Shown here: in pieces, positions 19,710-30,068 of the stretch
Layout of the letters: the number at the start of each line of letters is the position of its first letter
Numbering within the stretch: the stretch's first letter is position 1
Source: Horticoccus luteus
Lineage (GTDB): Bacteria > Verrucomicrobiota > Verrucomicrobiia > Opitutales > Opitutaceae
Direction of reading: 5' to 3'
Assembly: GCF_019464535.1 (NCBI RefSeq)
Contig: NZ_CP080507.1
Location: 2,160,001 to 2,192,000 of the forward strand
Length of the DNA: 32,000 nt
Program-made: the position numbers and the translations under genes
The notes under the pieces: generated by a model
Told to the model about the DNA's origin: nothing
Databases searched by the model: none
The model's input: the letters and a program-made list of their open reading frames with translations, nothing else

Positions 19710-22013
19710 TTATTTGCCGTCTTCCAGCGCAAGGGGCGCCAGCGCGGTCCGGAATTCGTCCAACTGCTCTGCCGTGCCCAGCGCGAGCAGTTCGTCACCG
19801 GCGGTCAGCACCTCCGTCGCGGGCGGATTCAACGTCCGCAAACGCCCGCGGTGAATCCCCGCGATTTGCACGCCGTGCCGCCGCGCCAGGCGCAACGCCG
19901 CGAGCGAAAGTCCCACCACCGGCGAATCGGCCGCCACCATCATCGTCTCCATGCGCACCGCCTCGATCCCGTCGAGGGAGGGCGCGGTGCCGGAGGTGCG
20001 CAGCAAGAACTCCTTCCCCGCGCGAACCTGCCGCCGCGTTCCGAGCAGCAGCAAACGATCCCGCGGATACAGCACTGTCGTGGCTTCCGGCAGCGAGATG
20101 AAAAAGCCCTGCCGGTCGATGCCCACGACCGAACAACCGAAGCGCTGGCGCACGCCGAGTTCCGCGATCGCCTGACCGCGGCACTCCGCCAGGTCCGGCA
20201 CGGTGCACTCGGCGATATGCAACCGCCACGTGCCATGTTCCTCGATCCATTCCGTCATCCCGCCGCCTTCGCTCACGTCCGAGATTTCCACCGCCGTTTG
20301 CAACTCCACCTCGAGCCGGCTGTGCCAGTAAACCAGCCGCCGTCGCAGCAGCAGGAGCCCGAGTAACGCCACCACCGCGCTGGCCAGCAGCAGCATCCGC
20401 GCCGTGCCTTCCGCCGGCAGCACCGCCGCGAGCCAGAAAAACAGCGCACCCCCGCCCACCGCTTTCAGCGCCGTTTCCAGCAGCGGCCGCGCGCTCACCG
20501 CGCGTTCTCCCCGCGCCGTGAGCACCTGCGTGTAAACCAGCGCCAGCGCTGACAAGTTTCGCCAGATCGCCACCACCGGCGCGAGCACCACCAGACTCAA
20601 CGCCACCCAAAAAATCACCTCCGGCCCATTGGGAAACAGCCAGTCCGTCCCCAGCCAGTTTTGCACCGCCCCCAGCAATTGTTGCGAAAAGAGCAGCAGC
20701 CCCGTCACGAACAGCACTTCGATGCCGATTTGCCAAAAACGCTTGCGACTCACCTTCCACAATTTTTCCAACCGCCCGCGAAAATGCAGCCGCCGCAACC
20801 ACGCGTGATAGACTTGCAGCCAGTCGAGCACCCACGGGCGTTGGTAGCGCAGCAAGCGGTCCGCCAGTTTCGCCGACCGGCGCGTCAACCACGGCGCGAC
20901 CGCCCCCGTGACCAGCGCGATGCCGATCACCAGCGGATAAAAACTGGCCCGCAACACCGCCGCGGCGAGGCCGAGTTGCGCGATGATAAACGAGAACTCG
21001 CCGATCGGCGTCAGGATGAACCCCGCGCGCAGCGCGTCGCGCACCGGCGTGCCCGTCAGCGCCAGCGCCACCGCGCTCGTTCCCACCCGCGCCACGATCG
21101 TCAGCAGCGAGATGCCCAGCACCAGCCACCACGCGCCGCCGATGTCGCGCAAATCCACTTGCATGCCGATCGCCACGAAAAACACCGGCGCAAAGACATC
21201 GCGCAACGTGTCGAACGTCCGCTCCACCTGCGCCCGATGCGGTGTATCCGCCACGACCGCACCCAGCAGAAACGGGCCCAAGGCCAGCGAATAGCCCGCT
21301 TGATACGCCACCGCCGCCCCGCCGAGCAACAGCCCCGCGGTGCCCAGCGTCTGCAGGTCCTCACTCGCGACCCGCCCCAGCCGCCGCAACAACCACGGCA
21401 GCAGCAGCAGTCCCAGCACCGCCGCCAGCGCGATGAAGCCCCCGAGCCGCGCCAGCGTGCTGCCGATTTCCGGCCGCGCCGCGTTGTCCAGGTGCACCCA
21501 CGAATTCAGCACCGTCAACATCACCACCGCCACCACCGCCTCCAGCAGCGAAAACCCCGCCGCGAGCTGCCCCGCCCGCTCGTGCATCGCCTCTGAGTCC
21601 TGCACCAGCCGCCCCACGATCGTCGAAGACGATACCATCAGCATGCTCGCAAAAAACACGCTCTCGATCGTCGTCCAGCCCATCGCCGCGCCGAGCAGCC
21701 GTCCCACGTAATACATCATCACCGCCCCGCCAATCGTCCCCAGCAGCAGCGAAAACCCCAACCGGCGGATACGCCGCCAGCTCAGGCGCAAGCCGATCGA
21801 AAACATCAAAAACACCAACCCGAGCTGCGCCGCCGCCGCCACCCGCTCGCTCCCCGCCACCAGCGTCAACGGCGGCGTATGCGGCCCCACCAGCGCGCCC
21901 GCCGCCAGATATCCCACCACCGGCGAAAGCCCGCTGCGCCGGCACAGCCACCCGGCCGCCGCCGCAACGATCAGGATCACCGCGAGATCTTGGATAAAAG
22001 CGACGCCAGGCAT
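19710..22013 (-). CDS. CPA2-family cation:proton antiporter with extra TM segments and two C-terminal RCK_C (TrkA_C) domains
   Basis: N-terminal Na+/H+-exchanger-type TM domain ('IQDLAVILIVAAAAGWLCRRSGLSPVVGYLAAGALVGPH...'). About 4 further helices follow. The two RCK_C-like modules span about nt 19713-20228 ('ECRGQAIAELGVRQRFGCSVVGIDRQG...LYPRDRLLLLG' and 'VVGLSLAALRLARRHGVQIAGIHRGR...LTAGDELLALG'). Confidence 0.9.
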   Translation of the reverse strand: MPGVAFIQDLAVILIVAAAAGWLCRRSGLSPVVGYLAAGALVGPHTPPLTLVAGSERVAAAAQLGLVFLMFSIGLRLSWRRIRRLGFSLLLGTIGGAVMMYYVGRLLGAAMGWTTIESVFFASMLMVSSSTIVGRLVQDSEAMHERAGQLAAGFSLLEAVVAVVMLTVLNSWVHLDNAARPEIGSTLARLGGFIALAAVLGLLLLPWLLRRLGRVASEDLQTLGTAGLLLGGAAVAYQAGYSLALGPFLLGAVVADTPHRAQVERTFDTLRDVFAPVFFVAIGMQVDLRDIGGAWWLVLGISLLTIVARVGTSAVALALTGTPVRDALRAGFILTPIGEFSFIIAQLGLAAAVLRASFYPLVIGIALVTGAVAPWLTRRSAKLADRLLRYQRPWVLDWLQVYHAWLRRLHFRGRLEKLWKVSRKRFWQIGIEVLFVTGLLLFSQQLLGAVQNWLGTDWLFPNGPEVIFWVALSLVVLAPVVAIWRNLSALALVYTQVLTARGERAVSARPLLETALKAVGGGALFFWLAAVLPAEGTARMLLLASAVVALLGLLLLRRRLVYWHSRLEVELQTAVEISDVSEGGGMTEWIEEHGTWRLHIAECTVPDLAECRGQAIAELGVRQRFGCSVVGIDRQGFFISLPEATTVLYPRDRLLLLGTRRQVRAGKEFLLRTSGTAPSLDGIEAVRMETMMVAADSPVVGLSLAALRLARRHGVQIAGIHRGRLRTLNPPATEVLTAGDELLALGTAEQLDEFRTALAPLALEDGK

Positions 22014-22116
22014 ACTCGACGCGACTACTGGGGCGCGTAAAAGCGATTCGCGTCAAGCCCCACCGCCACCGCTCCACACGTATCCAGCAATCGCCTGTTT
22101 ACCTCGTTGACAGTAA

Positions 22117-23181
<1,065 letters not shown>

Positions 23182-23287
23182 GCGCGTGCGGCCTGCGTGC
23201 CGCGGTCGCTGCGCACCGAGCGGCCCGTCCGCTGCCGCGCGTTTTTGCTCGTCACGTCTCCCGCGCCCCCTGTCACTTCCCGGCGTC

Positions 23288-24118
23288 GTGCCTCCCCGCC
23301 GCTTCGATCAAGCCAAGCCTTTCGCCACCCTCGGGTTGCTGCTTCTCGCGTGGCTCGTGCTTCCGGTCGCGGTCAAGTCGTTCCTCCGCGCGAGCTTCTT
23401 CGAATTCCAAGCCCCGCTTCCCCTCGCCACGTCCTACGTCCGCGATCTGCAGGAATACTGGGGCCTCCGCGCGCATTCCAACGACGAACTCATCGGCGCC
23501 GGTCGCGATCTCGCCCGCGTGCTCTCGTCTTACGAATTCGCCGTGCAGCAAAACACCGAACTGCGCGATCAGGTCGATCGCCTGGATGCCTTGCTCGCCT
23601 TGCCGCCCATGCCGAATTTTCGCTACGAACACGCCCGCGTCGTGTCCCGCGATTCCGCCGGCTGGTGGCAGCGCCTGACGATTCGCAAGGGCCGCAACTA
23701 CAACATCCCGCTGGGCGCGCCCGTCGTGTTTTCCGGCGGCATCGTCGGCCGCATCGCCGAAGTGCACGCGTTCACTTCCGTCGTCGAAATGGTCAGCAGC
23801 CCCACCTTCCGCATCGCCGCCACCGTGCAGGGCGACACGCGCCCGATGAGTTATCAGGGCACGGTCAATCACGCCTTCGGCACCGCCGAAGGCACCGTTG
23901 AATTCGTCCCCGTCGATATCTTCGCCAACGCCTCCGCTCCCCAACACCTCGTCACGTCGGGCCTGGGCGGCGTGTTTCCGCCCGGCCTTTATCTGGGCAC
24001 CGTCACGAAACTCGAACCCAGCACCGACGGGTTGTTCAAGAGCGGCGAGGTCGATCTCGATCCGCGACTCGACGCCTTGACGGAGGTCACTGTGCTCGTC
24101 CCGCAACCCGCGCCGTGA
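23288..24118 (+). CDS. mreC: rod shape-determining protein MreC
   Basis: N-terminal TM 'FATLGLLLLAWLVLPVAV', a coiled-coil segment, then beta-barrel domains with the MreC motif 'LVTSGLGGVFPPGLYLGTVTKLE'. The start is set at the in-frame GTG at 23288. The track start at 23186 adds an Arg/Pro-rich, non-protein-like extension, so the start remains uncertain. Confidence 0.8.
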   Translation: MPPRRFDQAKPFATLGLLLLAWLVLPVAVKSFLRASFFEFQAPLPLATSYVRDLQEYWGLRAHSNDELIGAGRDLARVLSSYEFAVQQNTELRDQVDRLDALLALPPMPNFRYEHARVVSRDSAGWWQRLTIRKGRNYNIPLGAPVVFSGGIVGRIAEVHAFTSVVEMVSSPTFRIAATVQGDTRPMSYQGTVNHAFGTAEGTVEFVPVDIFANASAPQHLVTSGLGGVFPPGLYLGTVTKLEPSTDGLFKSGEVDLDPRLDALTEVTVLVPQPAP

Positions 24119-24194
24119 GCGGCGCCGAAAAAAAGGGCGCGGCGGACTTGTGCGCCGCCGCCTAGGCGCGCATCACTGCTCGCATTCCGTGCCC

Positions 24195-24707
24195 ATGCGC
24201 CGTCGCGTGCTCGTCCTCTTTCTCTCTCAAGTGATCCTGCGTGTCCTCGTCGGGCAGGTGAACCATTCCCTCGCCGCCTGGCACATGCACGTCTTCCTCG
24301 GCGCCCTTTTCATTCTGCTCCCCACGCTCACGCTCCCGTTCGGCGAAGGTCTTGCGCTCGCCCTGCTCGGCGGTCTCCTCAACGACGCCGTCGCCCCGGT
24401 CGCGTTCGGCACGCACGCGTTTCTCTTCGGCGCCGTGCACGTCCTCCTGTTTCGCATCCGCGATCGGGTGCCGCGCGACCAGACGCTCGGCCTGATCGTC
24501 ATCGTCCTCCTCGCCAACCTCGCGCTCTTTCTCGTCTTTTCGTTCATCGAAGTCGCCGGGCTTCCCGTCGCCGGCGCGCTCTGGCCGCGCTTGATTCTCG
24601 ACCTCGTCTGGTCGCAACTGCTTCTCGTCGCGGCCACGCCGTGGTTCGTCGCGCTTCAGGAGCGGGCTCTCGTGCTGGTCCGCGCCCAACCGCGCCCCGC
24701 CCTCTAG
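24195..24707 (+). CDS. mreD: rod shape-determining protein MreD
   Basis: 170-aa polytopic hydrophobic protein between mreC and mrdA, with its stop 3 nt before the mrdA ATG. The ATG at 24195 is preferred over the GTG at 24150. The assignment rests mainly on position and hydrophobic profile. Confidence 0.7.
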   Translation: MRRRVLVLFLSQVILRVLVGQVNHSLAAWHMHVFLGALFILLPTLTLPFGEGLALALLGGLLNDAVAPVAFGTHAFLFGAVHVLLFRIRDRVPRDQTLGLIVIVLLANLALFLVFSFIEVAGLPVAGALWPRLILDLVWSQLLLVAATPWFVALQERALVLVRAQPRPAL

Positions 24708-24710
24708 CGC

Positions 24711-26684
24711 ATGCAGAAGAACCTCGAGTCTTCCGAGAGCGGGTCACTCCTCGAAACCCACAAGGGCTCCGATCCGCGCATCCTGTTTTTTTACCCGGTC
24801 ATCTTCGGCCTCCTCGCGATCCTCGCCGGCGGCCTCTTTTATCAACAACTCCTCAACGCCGGCGCGCATCAGGATCGCGAGCGCATGCAGAATCAGCGCC
24901 GCATCCTCGTCCCCGGCCCGCGCGGCAGCATTTACGATCGCAACGGCCAGTTGCTCGTCGGCAGCCGCCCACGGTTTTCCGTTGTCCTCTACCTTGACGA
25001 GCTCCGTTCCGAATTCCGCCGGCAGTTCATCGAGATTCGCAAGGCCTACCGCCGCGGCGGCGATGCCCAGATGCCCAACAGCTCCCAGATGGAGCAGATC
25101 GCTCGCGCCACCGTCGTCCAACGCTACCTCGATCAGGTCAACGAAATCCTCGGCCGCCACGAGAAGGTCAGCGTCAAGGACGTGCAGGATCACTTCGAGG
25201 GCCAGCTCCTCCTGCCCTACACGCTCGTCGACGGCCTCGAGCCCACCGAATACGCGCGCCTGCTCGAGCGCCTGCCCGTGCAGTCCCCCCTCCAGCTCTA
25301 CACGTCCAGCGCGCGATATTATCCGTATGGCTCCGCCGCCGCGCACACGCTCGGCTACGTCGGCACCGATCCCGATGTCTCGGCCGAGGGTTTTCCGGGC
25401 GACGATCTCACCACCTTCAACATGAAGGGCGCCATCGGTCGCGACGGCCTCGAAAAAACCTTCGACGCCCAACTCGAAGGCAAGGCCGGCGGCACCATCT
25501 TTCGTGTCGATCATTTCGGCTACAAAGTCACGCCGCCGATCGCCCGCCGGCTCCCCGTCCAAGGCCATTCGCTCACCACCTCGCTCGACATCGACCTCCA
25601 GCTCGCCGCCGAGCAAAAACTCCACGAAACCAACACCCCCGGCGCTGCCGTCGCCCTCGACGTCCGCACCGGCGAAGTCCTCGTCCTCGCGAGCGTGCCG
25701 GATTACGACCTGCGCGAATTTTCGCCCCGGTTGAGCTTCGCCGCCGCCGCGGACATCAAGGAGCGCCAGGCCTGGGCCAACCGCGCCATCAGCTCCGCCT
25801 ACCCGCCCGGTTCCACGTTCAAGATTCTCACGACCATCGCCGCCCTGCGCAGCGGATCGATCACGCCCGATCAGCCCATCGTCGATTGCGAAGGCGTCCT
25901 CCACAAATTCGGCCGCGGCTTCGTCTGTTACAACGGCCGTGGCCACCACGGCGAGGTCTTGCTCCCCGACGCCATCGCTTCGAGCTGCGACATCTTTTTC
26001 TACGAAGCTGGCTGGCGCACCACGCCTGATCGTCTCGCCGAGGAGGCCCGCCGTTTCCACCTCGGCCGGCCCACCGGTATCCAACTGCCGTACGAGACCA
26101 GCCGCATGGTCATCCCCGATCCCGCGTGGAAACAAAAACACATCGGCGCCGCCTGGTATCCCGGCGACACCGCCAACATGGCCATCGGTCAGGGCTACGT
26201 CCTCGTCACCCCGCTCGAGATGGCCTGCTTCGCCGCCTCCGTCGCGCGCGGCGAGGTCTTCACCAAGCCCACGCTGCTCCACGATCCGCACGCCCCCACG
26301 CAACACACCGAACCCATCGGCCTGACGCCTGAGCAACGTCAGGCGTTGATCGCCGGCATGGTGGGTGTCACTCAGCCGCCCCACGGCACCGCCCGCGTCC
26401 TCACCACGCTCGAAAGTCTTCGTGTCCCGGGCGTCGAGATCGCCGGCAAAACCGGCACCGCCCAGATTCCCGGCAACAAAAACGTCGCGTGGTTCATCTG
26501 CTTCGCCCCCGCGCAAAACCCCGAGATCGCCATCGCCGTCGCCATCGAGGGCGACACCGCCGGCGAGGAATTCAGCGGCGGCATTTACTCCGCGCCCGTC
26601 GCCAGCCGCATCCTCCAGACTTACTTCAAGAAAAAAGCCGCCGGCGCCGCCACGCGCACCGCGAGCCCGTTTACGCTGCGTTGA
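24711..26684 (+). CDS. mrdA: penicillin-binding protein 2 (elongasome transpeptidase)
   Basis: N-terminal TM anchor and a PBP dimerisation domain. Transpeptidase motifs are SxxK 'GSTFK', SxD 'SSCD' and 'KTGTAQ'. It sits directly after mreBCD. Confidence 0.92.
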   Translation: MQKNLESSESGSLLETHKGSDPRILFFYPVIFGLLAILAGGLFYQQLLNAGAHQDRERMQNQRRILVPGPRGSIYDRNGQLLVGSRPRFSVVLYLDELRSEFRRQFIEIRKAYRRGGDAQMPNSSQMEQIARATVVQRYLDQVNEILGRHEKVSVKDVQDHFEGQLLLPYTLVDGLEPTEYARLLERLPVQSPLQLYTSSARYYPYGSAAAHTLGYVGTDPDVSAEGFPGDDLTTFNMKGAIGRDGLEKTFDAQLEGKAGGTIFRVDHFGYKVTPPIARRLPVQGHSLTTSLDIDLQLAAEQKLHETNTPGAAVALDVRTGEVLVLASVPDYDLREFSPRLSFAAAADIKERQAWANRAISSAYPPGSTFKILTTIAALRSGSITPDQPIVDCEGVLHKFGRGFVCYNGRGHHGEVLLPDAIASSCDIFFYEAGWRTTPDRLAEEARRFHLGRPTGIQLPYETSRMVIPDPAWKQKHIGAAWYPGDTANMAIGQGYVLVTPLEMACFAASVARGEVFTKPTLLHDPHAPTQHTEPIGLTPEQRQALIAGMVGVTQPPHGTARVLTTLESLRVPGVEIAGKTGTAQIPGNKNVAWFICFAPAQNPEIAIAVAIEGDTAGEEFSGGIYSAPVASRILQTYFKKKAAGAATRTASPFTLR

Positions 26685-28827
26685 CGCGCGCCCCTCGCCG
26701 CCGCCACACCTGGCGCGCCCGCTTGAACGTCCGCTCCGCCTCCGGCCCGTCCGCCTCCGGCCCAAAGCGCAAGCGCTGCAACTCGCCGATCAGCGGCGCC
26801 ATCTCCTCTTCGCGCCCGCCCGCGATCGACCCCACTCGCGCCAGCCACCGGCCCGCCTCCTGCCGCACCGGATTTCCCCGCTGACTGCCGCGTCGCCACG
26901 CGCGCCAGCCGCGTCGCATCGCCCATCCCGCCGTCGCGAGTGCGACCACTCCGCCGATCCATCGGCCCGCCCGCCCCGGCGTCCACGGCGCACTCGCCCA
27001 GCGGCGCAGCGTGCGCCCCGCGTTTTCCAGCCACGCCCGCAACGCCCGCCCCGCGTCCTGCGTGCGCGTCTTCAACGCGCGCAACGTCTCCACCTGCGCC
27101 GTCTGGTCAAAGCTCACGATGCGGCGATACCAGAACACCCGCAGGCTGTCGAAGCGCGCCGCCCAGCTCCGGTCGATCCGCCGCGCCGCCACCGGCCCCA
27201 AGGCGTCCGTGCCCAGCCCCGCGTTCGTCCCGCCCGGCGTCGGATCCACTCGCAGCCACCCGCCCCGCGCCGGGTCAAACACCTCGCACCACGCGTGCGC
27301 GTCGGCATTTCGCACCGTGAAATTTCCGCTGTAGCCATTCCACCCGCCGCCCTTGAAACCCGTGATCACGCGCGCCGCCAATCCCGCCTCCCGCGCCATC
27401 ACGACGAGGCTCCCCGCAAACAGCTCGCAGTGCCCGCCTTCCTTTGACGCCAGCCAGCGGACCAACGGATCGCCCGCCCCGCTCGGGATCGTCGGCCGCA
27501 ACGAATACGCGTGCTCGCGCGCCAGCCACGCACACGCCCGCCGCGACCACTCTTCCACCGGCAGATGCGCCTCCGCGCCGCTCGCGATCAACGCCCGTTG
27601 CACCGCCGCCTGATCGGCCGCGCTCAACTGCACCTGCCGCATCGTGCGCACCAGCGCCGTCGCCCGCTCCGCCCGCCATTGCTGCGCAAACGCCTCGTCC
27701 GGCAGCCAGCCCGCGAGGTTCACGTCCTCCACGCGATAGGCCGTCATCGTCACCGGCTCGTCGCGCAACGCCACCACGCGCAGTTCCCGGCTGCCCCGCA
27801 CGTTCTGCGGCTCCCGAAATTGCACCCGCCCGAAATCGCCCGGCAACGCGAGGAAGCGGCTCACGCCCGCCTCCAGATAAAACGTCCACGGCGCCTCCCC
27901 GTGCGTCGCCGGTCCGTCGATCGCCATGCGCGTCCGCTCCCGTTCAAACGCCGCCCGCCGCAGCAGCGCCGATAACCGGAAAGTCCCGTCCCGGTATTCG
28001 TCGAGGACCACCATCCGCCAATACGGCACCGCCGGCAGTCGCTGCGCATTCGCCACGTCCACTCGCAGCGCCGCGCTGTTGTCCTCCTGGATTTCCGTCA
28101 CGTCGCCGAATCGGATCGTATCCGAAAAACCCGTGCGCGCCTTCTTCGTGATGAACCGCTCGAGAAACAAGCTGTTCTCCAGTTGAAACCGCGGGATCAC
28201 CAGAAACAGCCCCGCCGCCAGCACCACCAGTCCCGCCAGCAACGCCCCGCCCCACACCGCCATGCGCCAGTGCCACACCGCGCCGACGCGCCGCGCCAGC
28301 CGCCCCCAGTGCACCTGCGTCCAGGCCCGCCCCGCGTCTTCCCGCCCCGGTCCGCTCAACGTCAGCACGAACAGCAGCGCCAGCGCGCACGCCGTGAACG
28401 CCAGCACCTGCGCCGCAAACGCGATCGATACGCTCAGCACGCCTCCCACCACGATGACGAACAGTCCCAGCACCACGATCTGCAGATCGTCCCGACGCTG
28501 CCGATACGTTACCCCGCGGTAGAGCAGCAGCAGCAGATCCAGCCGCACCATCGCCGCCAGCAACTCTCCCGTCAGCAGGAGATCCAGCACGAACCACGTC
28601 ACGATCACGGGAAACGCGAACGCATGCGCCAGCCGCGGCACTCGCCCCGGCAGCGTCGGCCACCTCGTCGCCGCCGCCACCAGCAGCAGCGTCACCACCG
28701 CCAGCGGCTCCGCGCCCGTGTCCAGCAGCAGCGCCGGCCACACGCCCAGCAGCGTCAACGCGCCGCCCAGCAGCCAGCGCACTTGCTGCAACTCCGCCGC
28801 GTCAAGCTGTGGCCGTCGTGATGCCAT
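26671..28827 (-). CDS. transglutaminase-domain membrane protein (TgpA-like)
   Basis: Multi-TM N-terminal region. Transglutaminase core with Cys 'GHCELFAGSLVVMAREAGLAARVITGF', His 'AHAWCEVF' and Asp 'WLRVDPTP'. A C-terminal TM and an Arg-rich tail follow. The start is set at Met14 (complement of 28825-28827); 28866, or a TTG/GTG near 28791/28782, is also possible. Confidence 0.85.
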   Translation of the reverse strand: MASRRPQLDAAELQQVRWLLGGALTLLGVWPALLLDTGAEPLAVVTLLLVAAATRWPTLPGRVPRLAHAFAFPVIVTWFVLDLLLTGELLAAMVRLDLLLLLYRGVTYRQRRDDLQIVVLGLFVIVVGGVLSVSIAFAAQVLAFTACALALLFVLTLSGPGREDAGRAWTQVHWGRLARRVGAVWHWRMAVWGGALLAGLVVLAAGLFLVIPRFQLENSLFLERFITKKARTGFSDTIRFGDVTEIQEDNSAALRVDVANAQRLPAVPYWRMVVLDEYRDGTFRLSALLRRAAFERERTRMAIDGPATHGEAPWTFYLEAGVSRFLALPGDFGRVQFREPQNVRGSRELRVVALRDEPVTMTAYRVEDVNLAGWLPDEAFAQQWRAERATALVRTMRQVQLSAADQAAVQRALIASGAEAHLPVEEWSRRACAWLAREHAYSLRPTIPSGAGDPLVRWLASKEGGHCELFAGSLVVMAREAGLAARVITGFKGGGWNGYSGNFTVRNADAHAWCEVFDPARGGWLRVDPTPGGTNAGLGTDALGPVAARRIDRSWAARFDSLRVFWYRRIVSFDQTAQVETLRALKTRTQDAGRALRAWLENAGRTLRRWASAPWTPGRAGRWIGGVVALATAGWAMRRGWRAWRRGSQRGNPVRQEAGRWLARVGSIAGGREEEMAPLIGELQRLRFGPEADGPEAERTFKRARQVWRRRGARVNAA

Positions 28828-30004
28828 TGATGTGTGCTTCCACGCCCCGCGCTCCCGCCGGCGCAAAGGTCACCACCTCCCGCGCCCGCGCCCACTGCAG
28901 CGCCGTCCCGCTCGGCTGCGCCGCCCGCGTCACCACCGCCAGCTCCGATAAAAACGCCGCCAGATCGCCCGCCTGCCGCAACGCCACCGGCGCTCCCGCG
29001 CCCACCGCCACCCGCGTCAACCGCCCCGCGTGAAACAAATCCTCCGCGAGGGTCGCCGCCAAACTCACCATCACTTCAAACTGCTCCTCGCGCGGCCAGA
29101 GCCCCGCATCCGGGTTGACCCACAATTGCAACGCGTCGCGCGTCTCCTGCGCAAACTGCCGCACCAGCAATTCCCCCGCGCGCGCACTCGCCTTCCAATG
29201 AATCAACCGGTGCGAATCGCCCGGCGCGTAGCTGCGCACCGCGAGCAAATCCCCCCCCGCGCCCGCGCGCTGCTCCGACTCCCCGCCTTGCGGTTGCGGT
29301 CGCGCGCCCGCCGCCACCGGCTGGTAGTCCACCGGCGCCGGCCACACCACCCGTTCGCCCCGACACTCCCCGCGCCGCGCCTTTTCCAAAAACCCAAACG
29401 GAAACGCCGACCCCACGTGATCGAGGCTCACCACCCAGCGCCCGCGCCGGTCCGGCAAAAAGCTCCACTCCAGCCGCGCCATCTCGCCGCCATCCAGTCG
29501 CCCCTCCTGCCGCAGCCGTCCGCGCGCATCGCGCCGGTTCCACTCCGCCAGCCGCGCCCGCAACGTCCGCCCGTTGCTCGCCGGCGTCACCACCGCCCGC
29601 TCGCGCACCGCGCCCACGTCCACCCACAACGCATACGTCGGCCACGTCCGCTTGTCGTTGCGCAGTTCCACCGCCACCACCGCCCGCTGCCCCGCGCGCC
29701 ACGGTCCCGGCAGATCGAGCTGCCAGTCCACCCGCCGCAGGTTGATCCACGCCAGCACGCCGCTGCCGACCAGCGACGCCAGCAGCAACGCGAGGGTGAT
29801 GAACAGAATATTGCTCGCCGAATTATACGCCGCCGTGCCCACCCCCATCGCGAGCCCCATCAGCAGCCAGCCGGGCAGCGTGGGCACCGTGCGTTCCTGC
29901 CGCACGGGATAAACCACCGCCCACAACGCCCGTCGCCATGTGAAACGCTCGCGCGCTTCGCGCCGCCCCGCTTTCCTTCCGCCCTCCAGTTTCAAGCGCA
30001 CCAC
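28802..30004 (-). CDS. DUF58-domain protein
   Basis: Two N-terminal TM helices and the DUF58 hallmark 'LLAVRSYAPGDSHRLIHWKASARAGELLVRQF'. GTG start. It lies between MoxR and the transglutaminase gene, which is the usual arrangement. Confidence 0.85.
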   Translation of the reverse strand: MVRLKLEGGRKAGRREARERFTWRRALWAVVYPVRQERTVPTLPGWLLMGLAMGVGTAAYNSASNILFITLALLLASLVGSGVLAWINLRRVDWQLDLPGPWRAGQRAVVAVELRNDKRTWPTYALWVDVGAVRERAVVTPASNGRTLRARLAEWNRRDARGRLRQEGRLDGGEMARLEWSFLPDRRGRWVVSLDHVGSAFPFGFLEKARRGECRGERVVWPAPVDYQPVAAGARPQPQGGESEQRAGAGGDLLAVRSYAPGDSHRLIHWKASARAGELLVRQFAQETRDALQLWVNPDAGLWPREEQFEVMVSLAATLAEDLFHAGRLTRVAVGAGAPVALRQAGDLAAFLSELAVVTRAAQPSGTALQWARAREVVTFAPAGARGVEAHINGITTATA

Positions 30005-30068
30005 AGCAGTTCACGGTTTCGCCCTTCGCCCCGGCTCCTTTCCCCGCGCCCCATCACGCTTTCCGCGT

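Noticed and set aside
19795-21132. 445-aa minus-strand ORF in an alternative frame of the antiporter gene
   Set aside because: The sequence is Gly/Ala/Arg-rich and low-complexity. The 767-aa frame has coherent TM helices and RCK_C modules.
23186-23287. Upstream extension of mreC to the GTG at 23186
   Set aside because: The added 34 residues are Arg/Pro/Cys-rich and unlike MreC N-termini. The GTG at 23288 starts right before the basic stretch and TM helix. This is an uncertain call.
24744-26765. 673-aa minus-strand ORF antisense to mrdA
   Set aside because: It is a shadow ORF. mrdA carries the SxxK, SxD and KTG motifs, while the antisense translation is Gly/Asp/Glu/Ala-rich with no motifs.
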